In this document: positions 12,064-23,800 of the stretch, one piece after another | Layout of the letters: every line of letters starts with the position of its first letter | Numbering within the stretch: the first letter of the stretch is position 1 | Assembly (NCBI GenBank): GCA_964019425.1 | Contig: OZ025793.1 | Coordinates: 620,001-684,000, forward strand | Direction: 5' to 3' | From: Flectonema sp. DT1601 | Lineage: Eukaryota | Length of the DNA stretch: 64,000 nucleotides | Notes under the pieces: generated by a model | What the model was told of the DNA's origin: nothing | Databases searched by the model: none | Seen by the model: only the letters and a program-made list of their open reading frames with translations | Program-made: the position numbers and the translations under genes

Positions 12064-13294
12064 GAACAACGTATAATGTTCAATGATACACTGAGCCATG
12101 AAAAGTGGCTTTGGAACAAAAAAAAAAAAAAAAACGTTGGCCCTCTCAGACCATAAAACTTGTGTCAGGCACGTAGGGGATGCTGACCTGCCGCATTTTA
12201 TATTATTCGGTTCTAACAACTACAACGACTGTAGCTACTCCTTGTGAACGCTGATGCTGATCGGAACCTCGATAGTCTTGCGATGAATGAATTGACATTT
12301 GGTCATCTTTAGTTGATTTCTAGCACATATTGTGATATGCTTGCTTCAGCTTTGAATCTCCCTTTGTCTGCTACCCTCCTTTCTATGGCTGCATCGAAGT
12401 CGTCAAAAATATTCAGCTTAGTTACCTTAAAGTTGTTTTTTTTTTTCTTTTTTTTTTCAGATCGCTGTTTAGGTACTAAGAAAAAGATATTCTCTTTATG
12501 TTTTTTTTTGTGATTTATCTTTTTTTTCTTTCTTAGTGCCTTGAAGTTATAAAAATACTTACCAGCGAACATAAATAAAAACTGAACGTCGCCTGAAGAC
12601 GGGTCAAATGATCAACTCTTCAGTTTTGACATTTTTTTTTTGAATTGCGTTTTCATAAGGATAAAGTTACCGTTCCGAGTTCGGTAGACAACAAGGTGAG
12701 GTAACTTATTCGATTCTCTGTAGTAAACCAAAGACTGTCAGATTAGTGGAAACGTTTTTATTCATTTCCCCCGCCGACTAACAAGGCGTTGGCGATAGCT
12801 TAATCAAATTCTTTCTTGATGCATACCCCCTTTTTAATATTATTTTTGACACATGTCATCACTTTTGTGAGAATCTTCTACAGCAAGCTTTGGAAGAGCA
12901 GCTGGCTATGCTTGGTCTCGGTGCGGAGCCGCTGAAGAACCTCAGGGATCATTTTGGCTATGCTGAGGACAGTCACGGTAGTGGTCTGAAGACTACTCAT
13001 CGTGCATGGTTTCATTACACCCGGCCTTGTGCTAGTGCATTAGAACCATCGAGGACAAATCTCTTTACGGATTCGTTCCAGGCAGTAGTTATCAGACTTG
13101 TCTGAGCCTCACACGCAAAGCAAAATACGTGAACGTTGGTACCGATATAAATTTGATACTTTAGTTCGGTATGATACATGTCTGTGCTACATTCGCTGTG
13201 TTGTTCACGTTTAGTGTTGTCTTTGATGAAGGCTGGCTCGAAACGTTATTTCCCCCAGGCATGTATTCATCGCACCCTCTATTATTTACATAAC

Positions 13295-13325
<31 letters not shown>

Positions 13326-14124
13326 CCCCGTTCTTGTTACTGAAACCCGTTTTTCCCTTTCCTCCTTTGCCACGGGTAGACCGCAACGTTTGATTAACTT
13401 CCACAACTACTTGCAGGAAATTGTTACTATATTGTAATATTTAACTGCTGTATATGAAACACAAAAATCACTGATGCGCGGTGTCGGCATCAGCGAGGTT
13501 TAGAATAAAGAACTAGTCTTTTTGAAAAGACAATTTGGTGTTTATTTTTTTGTTTTATTAGTCATTTCCTCTATTTGTTTGTCACAGGTAGACGTTCTGA
13601 ATAGCTTTGTAGCAATTAAACAAGGATGAAACCTTTGTGAAAGCAGCTCTTGAGATAGGGCATGGTACTGGAAAAAAAAAAAAAAAAAAAAAAACCTAAC
13701 GAACGCAAGGCAAGCAGAAATCAAAAAAAAATAAATAAATAAATAAATAAGAAAAACAGGTGCTTTCAGAAAATATTTTTGTTTTTTCCTTCGTTCCCAA
13801 CACTCCCATCTAAATTCTCTTGCATACGTTTTTCTTTTATTTTGTTTTCTCTTTTATTTCTCCTAATTTTCTTTCGCTCTTTCGCTTCATATTCTTCTTC
13901 TTCTTCTTCTTATTCTTCTTCTTCTTTTTTTTTTTTTTTTTGCGCAATATAAAAAAAAAGGGATTATGCGTGTATAATAATTCCTGTCAAATGATCATTA
14001 AACTACCAGAAACAAAACTAAATATTATGGATGAATGGAGTGAAGGTGGCTAAAAGTTCAATAAAACTGTGTCATTGATTCTAAAAAAGCAGTAATTTCT
14101 TTACCTTCCTTTCTCTGTCACCTA

Positions 14125-15633
14125 ATGGATAAACGCAAACTTCTCACATTGCTGTTGTGTTGGACTGCTTTGGGTGTTCTTTGGATGGTCCAGAAAGGTT
14201 TTGAGGTTGACTCCAACAACAACAAGTCTACTCCTCTTTATAAGTACAAACGTGATTTGAATGGACAGCTGACAAGGCAAAACATAAGTCCTAGAACATT
14301 GCGAAATGGACAGTCAGCTGTTACGTGTGTAAACACGACCGTACCTGAATTCGACGACCTCTTAAAACATAAAAACACATCACTACCGGAAGTATTACGA
14401 AGAGTAACAAAACGACACCCTAAGGCGATCCACCGTTGGGGACCATCAACAACAGGACCTGTAATAGTTATGACATATAGTGCTTGTCATGGATCTCTAA
14501 GTCAACACTTTGGTCATTTATCAGCACTCACTATTGCTAAAGGTTTACAGCCGGATGTGGTTGTGTTACCGCATGCTAGAACTCGTAAGACATTCGAATC
14601 TCGTAACTTACTAGGTGATCGAGATGTTAATAAAACCAATACCTGGACTGAAGTCCCTCTCACAGCTGTTTACGAAATAGAGTCTTTTAAAAATTATTTA
14701 TCAACCCTAAGCATTGAATCTATGACGTTTCCGTCTTCTCCTGGACCAGTTGTGTTACCCGAAAGCTACAAGGCTTTTGAAACCCATTGGCACACGCAAG
14801 TTGCAAAGAAGTTTGGTCTTCCAAGTGACACACCAGTTGTTGGACTCCGTTACAAGCGTCGACGACCTCTGTTTATGTGGTTGCAAATACTTAATAGGCA
14901 AATTGCGAAATATCACAGAGAGAAGTTAATTATCGTAGACTTGGGTTGTACTGATATATTAATCGGTGCAAATCCTAATTATACTGCAATTGATACTGAT
15001 ATAAATACACTAAGAGAGGTTCATCAGTCACTACACATTGCAAATTATCTACAAGAAACTGCACACCGTGTGATTGATCAATTACCCACTAACTACACCA
15101 GCATACATCTAAGAATTGAGAGAGATATGATTGCCGACAGTGCTGTTGGTCGTTGGTGGAAGGCTCATTTGAGGGCAAAGGCTGCTTTCTTAGATCCCAT
15201 TAGGGAAGTTCCTGCCTTTGTTGCATCTGGCATATTTGAATACATGTCAGAAAAAGAACAAAGATCACTTCTAGCACCTTACATTGCAACACATAAACTT
15301 TATCGTGCATGTGGAGTGTCTCACATTCCCAATGATATTAGACCGTGGGTTGATTTCTTTATACTTGCTGGTGGTCGTCATTTCCAAGGGCATGAATTTT
15401 CTGTTTTAACATGGATTGTCATCCAGCAGAGGCTATTATATGGTCGCGGTCTTGATCAGCATTCTTTGGTCAAGAAAAAAGGACCTCCACGAAATCCACG
15501 ATGCTGCGAAAATGATCGATGCCTAACATACCAATGCGCTCTAACTGATGATGGTAACTTAATTGACTTTCGGGTTGGGAATGCAACGGTTGAAGACATT
15601 CTGGCCCCGATAACTTTTGACGGTGCTTACTAA
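14125..15633 (+). CDS. Type II membrane O-fucosyltransferase-like glycosyltransferase (O-FucT family), 502 aa
   Basis: N-terminal signal anchor; YTSIHLRIERDM matches the O-FucT HLRxExD motif; also FVASG and VDFFILAGGRHFQGHEFS (D..I...A..F.G...S motif). Confidence 0.75.
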   Translation: MDKRKLLTLLLCWTALGVLWMVQKGFEVDSNNNKSTPLYKYKRDLNGQLTRQNISPRTLRNGQSAVTCVNTTVPEFDDLLKHKNTSLPEVLRRVTKRHPKAIHRWGPSTTGPVIVMTYSACHGSLSQHFGHLSALTIAKGLQPDVVVLPHARTRKTFESRNLLGDRDVNKTNTWTEVPLTAVYEIESFKNYLSTLSIESMTFPSSPGPVVLPESYKAFETHWHTQVAKKFGLPSDTPVVGLRYKRRRPLFMWLQILNRQIAKYHREKLIIVDLGCTDILIGANPNYTAIDTDINTLREVHQSLHIANYLQETAHRVIDQLPTNYTSIHLRIERDMIADSAVGRWWKAHLRAKAAFLDPIREVPAFVASGIFEYMSEKEQRSLLAPYIATHKLYRACGVSHIPNDIRPWVDFFILAGGRHFQGHEFSVLTWIVIQQRLLYGRGLDQHSLVKKKGPPRNPRCCENDRCLTYQCALTDDGNLIDFRVGNATVEDILAPITFDGAY

Positions 15634-16129
15634 TAACATTAGCTAACACTCTGTCTTCTTATTCTTATTCTAATTCTTAGATGGCTAATCATTAGCTGCT
15701 ACGTTGCAACTTATTTTTATATCTTTATCAGGGTATCGTTAAAAGTATGCGAGAAAGGAGGAGAAATGATTTTAACTTTTTTCAAAACTAGTTTTTCGAT
15801 TGGGGAAGAAAAAAAAAAAAAAAAACGGAACTCTAAATGGAGACTCTGGAAGCGAAACATACATATCAGAGATAACCTAAGCCGGAGTTGAGAAGGTCGT
15901 CAACGGAAGGAATGAAAGTAATGGAAAGTTTGTACCAGTACGGCAGCAGATCTGGTTTCTGGAGACTACGTTCATTTATTTAAAACTACTAAAACACTTT
16001 TGACAGTATTTGCTGTCACTGTATTCGATACTTACATTACGATATGTTGATTGGAATATTATTGGTGAATTCCCTTGTTGCTTTCCCTTATTATTTTCAC
16101 TAAACAGTTTGCTTCTTAAAACACGAAAC

Positions 16130-19100
16130 ATGATTAAGGAAGGAATTCCACTGTTGCTGCTGTCACTCGCTCGTGGAGCTGATTGTTTTCAGAATCCCAC
16201 CAGTGCTGCGTATGTCGAGAACTGGAAAACCTGCCCGACTGCTGATCAGACCGACGGGTTCAAGACGCTGTTGATCTCCTCTGCGGTAACTTATGACGGA
16301 TCACCGGGTATGAACAGCTGTAACACTCAATGTGAGATCGGGAGTCCGGTTCCGGTTTGCGACAACCAAGCAAACGCAATGCTGGTATCGCAGTGGCAGT
16401 CAGATGGAAAGAAAGTCATCTTGGAGTTCGGTGATGGCGGAATGGACGGTTCCGGTTCGCAACGGAACGGTGGCGGCAGCAGCACCACTGGCAACGACTG
16501 CTGGGAATATTGTTTTGGAAAGGAAGGGTTTGTAGCCAAGCAACTTATTGATATCGTACTCAATCAGGGATTTGATGGAATTGACGTCGACTTCAATTAC
16601 CAGTCGTCGGATCCCCGAAAAAATGCGAAGGGACAGTTTTTCCTGCACGGCCTGACGCAGAAGCTTCTGCAACAGCTTCCTGCGGACAAGGAGCTCTCAC
16701 ACGGCATGTTGGCGAAGCCGTTCCCTGCACCGACCAATCCGACGACACCGTCTGGGCCTTCGATTAATCGTTGGAGAAGACCTCCTTCACGGAGAACCCC
16801 TCCTTCACGGAGAACCCGACCTGGTAAGCCCGGCTGCGTGCCGACTCCGCCGCCACCATGCACACCTCGCCCGCCATACACACCTCGCCCGCCATACACA
16901 CCACCACCTCAGCCTCCAAAGCCAACAGCTGTGCCGACATCCGTACCAACAGCTGTGCCGACATCTGTGCCAATTGTACCGACATCCGTGCCAACAGCTG
17001 TACCAACTTCTGTGCCAATTGTACCGACATCCGTACCGACAGCTGTGCCAACATCTGTGCCAATTGTACCGACATCCGTACCGACAGCTGTGCCAACATC
17101 TGTGCCAATTGTACCGACATCCGTACCGACAGCTGTGCCAACATCTGTGCCAATTGTACCGACATCCGTACCGACAGCTGTGCCAACATCCGTACCAATT
17201 GTACCGACATCCGTGCCAACAGCTGTGCCAACATCTGTGCCAATTGTACCAACAGCTGTGCCAACTGTACCAACACCGCAGCCGGAAGGAGAAACGCCAA
17301 CTCCACAACCCAGCCAGCCAACGCCAACTCCACCCGGCCAGCCAACGCCAACTCCACCCGGCCAGTCAACGCCAACTCCACCCGGCCAGTCAACACCAAC
17401 TCCACCCGGCCAGCCAACTCCAACTCCACCCGGCCAGCCAACGCCAACTCCACCCGGCCAGTCAACACCAACTCCACCCGGCCAGCCAACACCAACTCCA
17501 CCCGGCCAGCCAACGCCAACTCCACCCGGCCAGTCAACACCAACTCCACCCGGCCAGCCAACTCCAACTCCACCCGGCCAGCCAACGCCAACTCCACAAC
17601 CTGAAGATGGCAGTCAGCCAACGCCAACACCGCAGCCAGAAGGAGAAACGCCAACTCCACCCGGCCAGCCAACACCACAACCTGAAGAAGGCAGCCAGCC
17701 AACGCCAACACCGCAGCCAGAAGGAGAAACGCCAACTCCACCCGGCCAGCCAACACCACAACCTGAAGATGGCAGCCAGCCAACGCCAACACCGCAGCCG
17801 GAAGGAGAATCACCAACACCGCAGCCTGAAGAAGGAGGTGGACCAACTCCCCAGCCAGAAGGCGAATCACCAACACCGCAGCCTGAAGAAGGAGGTGGAC
17901 CAACTCCCCAGCCAGAAGGCGAATCACCAACACCGCAACCTGAAGAAGGAGGTGGGCCAACTCCCCAGCCAGAAGGTGAATCACCAACACCGCAGCCTGA
18001 AGAAGGAGGTGGGCCAACTCCCCAGCCAGAAGGCGAATCACCAACTCCGCAACCCGAAGAAGGAGGTGGGCCAACTCCGCAGCCTGAAGGAGAAGAAGGT
18101 GGCGAACCTACTCCACAACCTGAAGGAGAAGAAGGTGGCGGACCAACTCCACAACCTGAAGGAGAAGAAGGTGGCGGACCAACTCCACAACCTGAAGGAG
18201 AAGAAGGTGGCGGACCAACTCCACAACCTGAAGGAGAAGAAGGTGGCGGACCAACTCCACAACCTGAAGGAGAAGAAGGTGGCGGACCAACTCCACAACC
18301 TGAAGGAGAAGAAGGTGGCGGACCAACTCCACAACCTGAAGGAGAAGAAGGTGGCGGACCAACTCCACAACCTGAAGGAGAAGAGGGTGGTGAATCACCA
18401 ACACCGCAGCCTGAAGGAGAAGAAGGTGGCGGCGAACCTACCCCCCAACCTGATGAAGAAGGCGAAGAAGGTGGACCGACTCCGCAACCAGAAGAGGGAG
18501 GGGAAGGACCAGGAGAAGGGGGGGAAGGACCATTTCCGGGAGAAGGGGGCGAAGGAGAACAAATCAACGCCTGCGGTGAGACTATCTCGGAGTGGGGAAG
18601 TTGCATTGCCGCACCGCACTGCTGTTCTGACGGTCTGAAGTGTTTTCAGAGAAGCGCGGGATCGGCTAGATGTGCAAAAGCTTGTGAAGGCGAGGCTTGC
18701 AGGGAATTCGGAAGTAGCGAGCCTCCAGTGTCGGGGGGAGAGCTGGGGGAGAAGGCACCTGTTTGCGGAAATTGCGAAAGCGGGAAGAAGGGAGGTGTGT
18801 ACTGTACGAGTAGGGGAAAGGGTGCAAAGAACACGTGCAGTGCGATCCCGAAGTCGGGTACCTGTCCTGCTGGGAAGACGAAATGCTTTGGTAGTGCGAG
18901 CGAGGCGTCTAGAGCGAGAAAGTTGGTGCGGTTGGTGTTGAGAAGGGGAATTGATTCCTTTGCGAAGACGCAATTCGGAAACATGCTGCAGGGGTTATTT
19001 AATCCTGAGGTTCAGATATCGTTCAAATTCATCTGCCCGAGCAGCGCCTGTCCACAAGGGAGCTGTGGTGGTGCTTCGGTTGGAGATTCTTCGACGTGCT

Positions 19101-19558
19101 TGAAGCTTGACGGCACGGATTCGAGGAGGGCTGCTGCTCTGGAAAACGATGGGAAGGAGGAAGGAAGTGTTGTGGCTTTTGAAATCGAAGGGGGAAGCGC
19201 TGTGGGACTGGTGCGCGCTTTCAACAAGAAGCAACTTCCCGGAGTTGTAGCCATGCACGAAGAGTGGGAGATGCAGAGAGGAGCTGCAGATGATGATGAA
19301 ACTGCGGTAGAAGAAGAGAAGAGCAAGAAGGAAGATGAGAGCAGCAAGGGTTTTCTTCCTATCTTGATAACAGCTGTGTCGGTGGTTGCCGGATGTGTGT
19401 TGGTGGCTGTTGCTACCGTGTTCTACAGACGGTCGAAGGCGGCTGACGATTTCGCTGCTAGTCACCAAGGTATCGACATGACCTCTCTGACAACGATGAG
19501 CCATCCTGCGGTCAACAACGAGGAGAAGAAAGACTTCGTTTCTGAGTTGCGCATTTGA
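16130..19558 (+). CDS. Surface protein copy 1 (1142 aa): signal peptide, truncated inactive GH18 chitinase-like domain, Pro/Thr/Glu mucin-like stalk, Cys-rich modules, TM, cytosolic tail
   Basis: First ATG is at 16130 (MIKEGIPLLLLSLARG); the track's TTG start is unlikely. KKVILEFGDGG and GFDGIDVDFN are degenerate GH18 SxGG and DxxDxDxE motifs. TM helix FLPILITAVSVVAGCVLVAVATVFY is followed by RR. Confidence 0.85.
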   Translation: MIKEGIPLLLLSLARGADCFQNPTSAAYVENWKTCPTADQTDGFKTLLISSAVTYDGSPGMNSCNTQCEIGSPVPVCDNQANAMLVSQWQSDGKKVILEFGDGGMDGSGSQRNGGGSSTTGNDCWEYCFGKEGFVAKQLIDIVLNQGFDGIDVDFNYQSSDPRKNAKGQFFLHGLTQKLLQQLPADKELSHGMLAKPFPAPTNPTTPSGPSINRWRRPPSRRTPPSRRTRPGKPGCVPTPPPPCTPRPPYTPRPPYTPPPQPPKPTAVPTSVPTAVPTSVPIVPTSVPTAVPTSVPIVPTSVPTAVPTSVPIVPTSVPTAVPTSVPIVPTSVPTAVPTSVPIVPTSVPTAVPTSVPIVPTSVPTAVPTSVPIVPTAVPTVPTPQPEGETPTPQPSQPTPTPPGQPTPTPPGQSTPTPPGQSTPTPPGQPTPTPPGQPTPTPPGQSTPTPPGQPTPTPPGQPTPTPPGQSTPTPPGQPTPTPPGQPTPTPQPEDGSQPTPTPQPEGETPTPPGQPTPQPEEGSQPTPTPQPEGETPTPPGQPTPQPEDGSQPTPTPQPEGESPTPQPEEGGGPTPQPEGESPTPQPEEGGGPTPQPEGESPTPQPEEGGGPTPQPEGESPTPQPEEGGGPTPQPEGESPTPQPEEGGGPTPQPEGEEGGEPTPQPEGEEGGGPTPQPEGEEGGGPTPQPEGEEGGGPTPQPEGEEGGGPTPQPEGEEGGGPTPQPEGEEGGGPTPQPEGEEGGGPTPQPEGEEGGESPTPQPEGEEGGGEPTPQPDEEGEEGGPTPQPEEGGEGPGEGGEGPFPGEGGEGEQINACGETISEWGSCIAAPHCCSDGLKCFQRSAGSARCAKACEGEACREFGSSEPPVSGGELGEKAPVCGNCESGKKGGVYCTSRGKGAKNTCSAIPKSGTCPAGKTKCFGSASEASRARKLVRLVLRRGIDSFAKTQFGNMLQGLFNPEVQISFKFICPSSACPQGSCGGASVGDSSTCLKLDGTDSRRAAALENDGKEEGSVVAFEIEGGSAVGLVRAFNKKQLPGVVAMHEEWEMQRGAADDDETAVEEEKSKKEDESSKGFLPILITAVSVVAGCVLVAVATVFYRRSKAADDFAASHQGIDMTSLTTMSHPAVNNEEKKDFVSELRI
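16922..18560 (+). repeat. Nested coding minisatellites in copy 1: 45-bp PTSVPTAVPTSVPIV, 24-bp PTPTPPGQ, 81-bp, 57-bp and 36-bp PTPQPEGEEGGG units (present in all five copies)
   Basis: Directly visible tandem units whose counts differ between copies, always in frame. Confidence 0.95.
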
Positions 19559-20213
19559 GCAAAGCGGGACTCTAATAAAATAACTAGCAGTTTTTGAAGA
19601 TGATGCGACTTTCAGGTTAGAATTCGCTAGAAAATAGAGTTCCCTTTGTTGGACAATTCCTTTTTCAACGAGTATCTTCATGCAATCAAATCAAGAAAAA
19701 AAAGAAGAAAAAAAAAGAATGTTTTATATAAAATGATGTGTTTTAATTATGATTTCCTCTCCAGTATTATATTACTAGCGGATTGCAGAAGGCCCGCTTG
19801 GCTCATTTTGCTTCCTCTTTCGTTAATCCCTTTATAAAATTATATACCCTGAAAAGAACAGGGGAGGAATATTAGCCTGCAAGGTTTTATTTCTCAAACT
19901 CACTTCCTCACTTCCTCACCCCCTCTTACTGATGTATTGCTCTGTTAGGGTGACCGACGATCACCATGCAACCCTTTTAGTTAAATGGAAAAAGGGGAGG
20001 CCTGTCAAGCTTAATTTGTTCCCTTGCAAGGCCACTCACTCACTCGATCTTACTGACTGTTGGGGTGATCGACGATCACCTGTTTGCCTGTCCCACTATT
20101 GTGTTGGTGACGTAGTGCTTCAAAGTGACGCACCTTTTTAATTTTCTTTTCAATCACCGTGCACCCAACTGCACGATGGTGCCTCACTCTACACCACTTT
20201 ACCCAATATATCG

Positions 20214-20350
20214 ATGATCGATGCCTAACATACCAATGCGCTCTAACTGATGATGGTAACTTAATTGACTTTCGGGTTGGGAATGCAACGGTTGAAGACA
20301 TTCTGGCTCCGATATCCTTTTTGACGGTGCCTGCTAATAACATTAGCTAA
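20214..20350 (+). pseudogene. Duplicated, frameshifted 3' fragment of the O-FucT gene (also at 24909, 29367, 33936)
   Basis: DRCLTYQCALTDDGNLIDFRVGNATVEDILAPI is identical to the O-FucT C-terminus. It is followed by a +2 nt shift (atatcctttttgac vs ataacttttgac) and has no upstream coding part. Confidence 0.9.
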
Positions 20351-20833
20351 CACTCTGTCTTCTTATTCTTATTCTTATTCTTAGATGGCTAATCATTAGC
20401 TGCTACGTTGCAACTTATTTTTATATCTTTATCAGGGTATCGTTAAAAGTATGCGAGAAAGGAGGAGAAATGATTTTAACTTTTTTCAAAACTAGTTTTT
20501 CGATTGGGGAAGAAAAAAAAAAAAAAAAACGGAACTCTAAATGGAGACTCTGGAAGCGAAACATACATATCAGAGATAACCTAAGCCGGAGTTGAGAAGG
20601 TCGTCAACGGAAGGAATGAAAGTAATGGAAAGTTTGTACCAGTACGGCAGCAGATCTGGTTTCTGGAGACTACGTTCATTTATTTAAAACTACTAAAACA
20701 CTTTTGACAGTATTTGCTGTCACTGTATTCGATACTTACATTACGATATGTTGATTGGAATATTATTGGTGAATTCCCTTGTTGCTTTCCCTTATTATTT
20801 TCACTAAACAGTTTGCTTCTTAAAACACGAAAC

Positions 20834-23800
20834 ATGATTAAGGAAGGAATTCCACTGTTGCTGCTGTCACTCGCTCGTGGAGCTGATTGTTTTCAGAATC
20901 CCACCAGTGCTGCGTATGTCGAGAACTGGAAAACCTGCCCGACTGCTGATCAGACCGACGGGTTCAAGACGCTGTTGATCTCCTCTGCGGTAACTTATGA
21001 CGGATCACCGGGTATGAACAGCTGTAACACTCAATGTGAGATCGGGAGTCCGGTTCCGGTTTGCGACAACCAAGCAAACGCAATGCTGGTATCGCAGTGG
21101 CAGTCAGATGGAAAGAAAGTCATCTTGGAGTTCGGTGATGGCGGAATGGACGGTTCCGGTTCGCAACGGAACGGTGGCGGCAGCAGCACCACTGGCAACG
21201 ACTGCTGGGAATATTGTTTTGGAAAGGAAGGGTTTGTAGCCAAGCAACTTATTGATATCGTACTCAATCAGGGATTTGATGGAATTGACGTCGACTTCAA
21301 TTACCAGTCGTCGGATCCCCGAAAAAATGCGAAGGGACAGTTTTTCCTGCACGGCCTGACGCAGAAGCTTCTGCAACAGCTTCCTGCGGACAAGGAGCTC
21401 TCACACGGCATGTTGGCGAAGCCGTTCCCTGCACCGACCAATCCGACGACACCGTCTGGGCCTTCGATTAATCGTTGGAGAAGACCTCCTTCACGGAGAA
21501 CCCCTCCTTCACGGAGAACCCGACCTGGTAAGCCCGGCTGCGTGCCGACTCCGCCGCCACCATGCACACCTCGCCCGCCATACACACCTCGCCCGCCATA
21601 CACACCACCACCTCAGCCTCCAAAGCCAACAGCTGTGCCGACATCCGTACCAACAGCTGTGCCGACATCTGTGCCAATTGTACCGACATCCGTGCCAACA
21701 GCTGTACCAACTTCTGTGCCAATTGTACCGACATCCGTACCGACAGCTGTGCCAACATCTGTGCCAATTGTACCGACATCCGTACCGACAGCTGTGCCAA
21801 CATCTGTGCCAATTGTACCGACATCCGTACCGACAGCTGTGCCAACATCCGTACCAATTGTACCGACATCCGTGCCAACAGCTGTGCCAACATCTGTGCC
21901 AATTGTACCAACAGCTGTGCCAACTGTACCAACACCGCAGCCGGAAGGAGAAACGCCAACTCCACAACCCAGCCAGCCAACGCCAACTCCACCCGGCCAG
22001 CCAACGCCAACTCCACCCGGCCAGTCAACGCCAACTCCACCCGGCCAGTCAACACCAACTCCACCCGGCCAGCCAACTCCAACTCCACCCGGCCAGCCAA
22101 CGCCAACTCCACCCGGCCAGTCAACACCAACTCCACCCGGCCAGCCAACACCAACTCCACCCGGCCAGCCAACGCCAACTCCACCCGGCCAGTCAACACC
22201 AACTCCACCCGGCCAGCCAACTCCAACTCCACCCGGCCAGCCAACGCCAACTCCACAACCTGAAGATGGCAGTCAGCCAACGCCAACACCGCAGCCAGAA
22301 GGAGAAACGCCAACTCCACCCGGCCAGCCAACACCACAACCTGAAGAAGGCAGCCAGCCAACGCCAACACCGCAGCCAGAAGGAGAAACGCCAACTCCAC
22401 CCGGCCAGCCAACACCACAACCTGAAGATGGCAGCCAGCCAACGCCAACACCGCAGCCGGAAGGAGAATCACCAACACCGCAGCCTGAAGAAGGAGGTGG
22501 ACCAACTCCCCAGCCAGAAGGCGAATCACCAACACCGCAGCCTGAAGAAGGAGGTGGACCAACTCCCCAGCCAGAAGGCGAATCACCAACACCGCAACCT
22601 GAAGAAGGAGGTGGGCCAACTCCCCAGCCAGAAGGTGAATCACCAACACCGCAGCCTGAAGAAGGAGGTGGGCCAACTCCCCAGCCAGAAGGCGAATCAC
22701 CAACTCCGCAACCCGAAGAAGGAGGTGGGCCAACTCCGCAGCCTGAAGGAGAAGAAGGTGGCGAACCTACTCCACAACCTGAAGGAGAAGAAGGTGGCGG
22801 ACCAACTCCACAACCTGAAGGAGAAGAAGGTGGCGGACCAACTCCACAACCTGAAGGAGAAGAAGGTGGCGGACCAACTCCACAACCTGAAGGAGAAGAA
22901 GGTGGCGGACCAACTCCACAACCTGAAGGAGAAGAAGGTGGCGGACCAACTCCACAACCTGAAGGAGAAGAAGGTGGCGGACCAACTCCACAACCTGAAG
23001 GAGAAGAAGGTGGCGGACCAACTCCACAACCTGAAGGAGAAGAAGGTGGCGGACCAACTCCACAACCTGAAGGAGAAGAGGGTGGTGAATCACCAACACC
23101 GCAGCCTGAAGGAGAAGAAGGTGGCGGCGAACCTACCCCCCAACCTGATGAAGAAGGCGAAGAAGGTGGACCGACTCCGCAACCAGAAGAGGGAGGGGAA
23201 GGACCAGGAGAAGGGGGGGAAGGACCATTTCCGGGAGAAGGGGGCGAAGGAGAACAAATCAACGCCTGCGGTGAGACTATCTCGGAGTGGGGAAGTTGCA
23301 TTGCCGCACCGCACTGCTGTTCTGACGGTCTGAAGTGTTTTCAGAGAAGCGCGGGATCGGCTAGATGTGCAAAAGCTTGTGAAGGCGAGGCTTGCAGGGA
23401 ATTCGGAAGTAGCGAGCCTCCAGTGTCGGGGGGAGAGCTGGGGGAGAAGGCACCTGTTTGCGGAAATTGCGAAAGCGGGAAGAAGGGAGGTGTGTACTGT
23501 ACGAGTAGGGGAAAGGGTGCAAAGAACACGTGCAGTGCGATCCCGAAGTCGGGTACCTGTCCTGCTGGGAAGACGAAATGCTTTGGTAGTGCGAGCGAGG
23601 CGTCTAGAGCGAGAAAGTTGGTGCGGTTGGTGTTGAGAAGGGGAATTGATTCCTTTGCGAAGACGCAATTCGGAAACATGCTGCAGGGGTTATTTAATCC
23701 TGAGGTTCAGATATCGTTCAAATTCATCTGCCCGAGCAGCGCCTGTCCACAAGGGAGCTGTGGTGGTGCTTCGGTTGGAGATTCTTCGACGTGCTTGAAG

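Noticed and set aside
12884..13260. GC-richer 71-aa ORF and neighbouring short ORF in the 9.7-14.1 kb gap
   Set aside because: Non-ATG start in the track, no recognisable motif and no consistent exon chain.
16010..16129. TTG-initiated 40-aa N-terminal extension of the array ORFs (likewise 38932-38982)
   Set aside because: Eukaryotic context; the first ATG gives a proper signal peptide, and the extension is pyrimidine-rich acceptor sequence.
16922..18400. Regular short repeats resembling a CRISPR array
   Set aside because: No unique spacers; the repeats are in-frame codons inside a eukaryotic gene; no cas genes.
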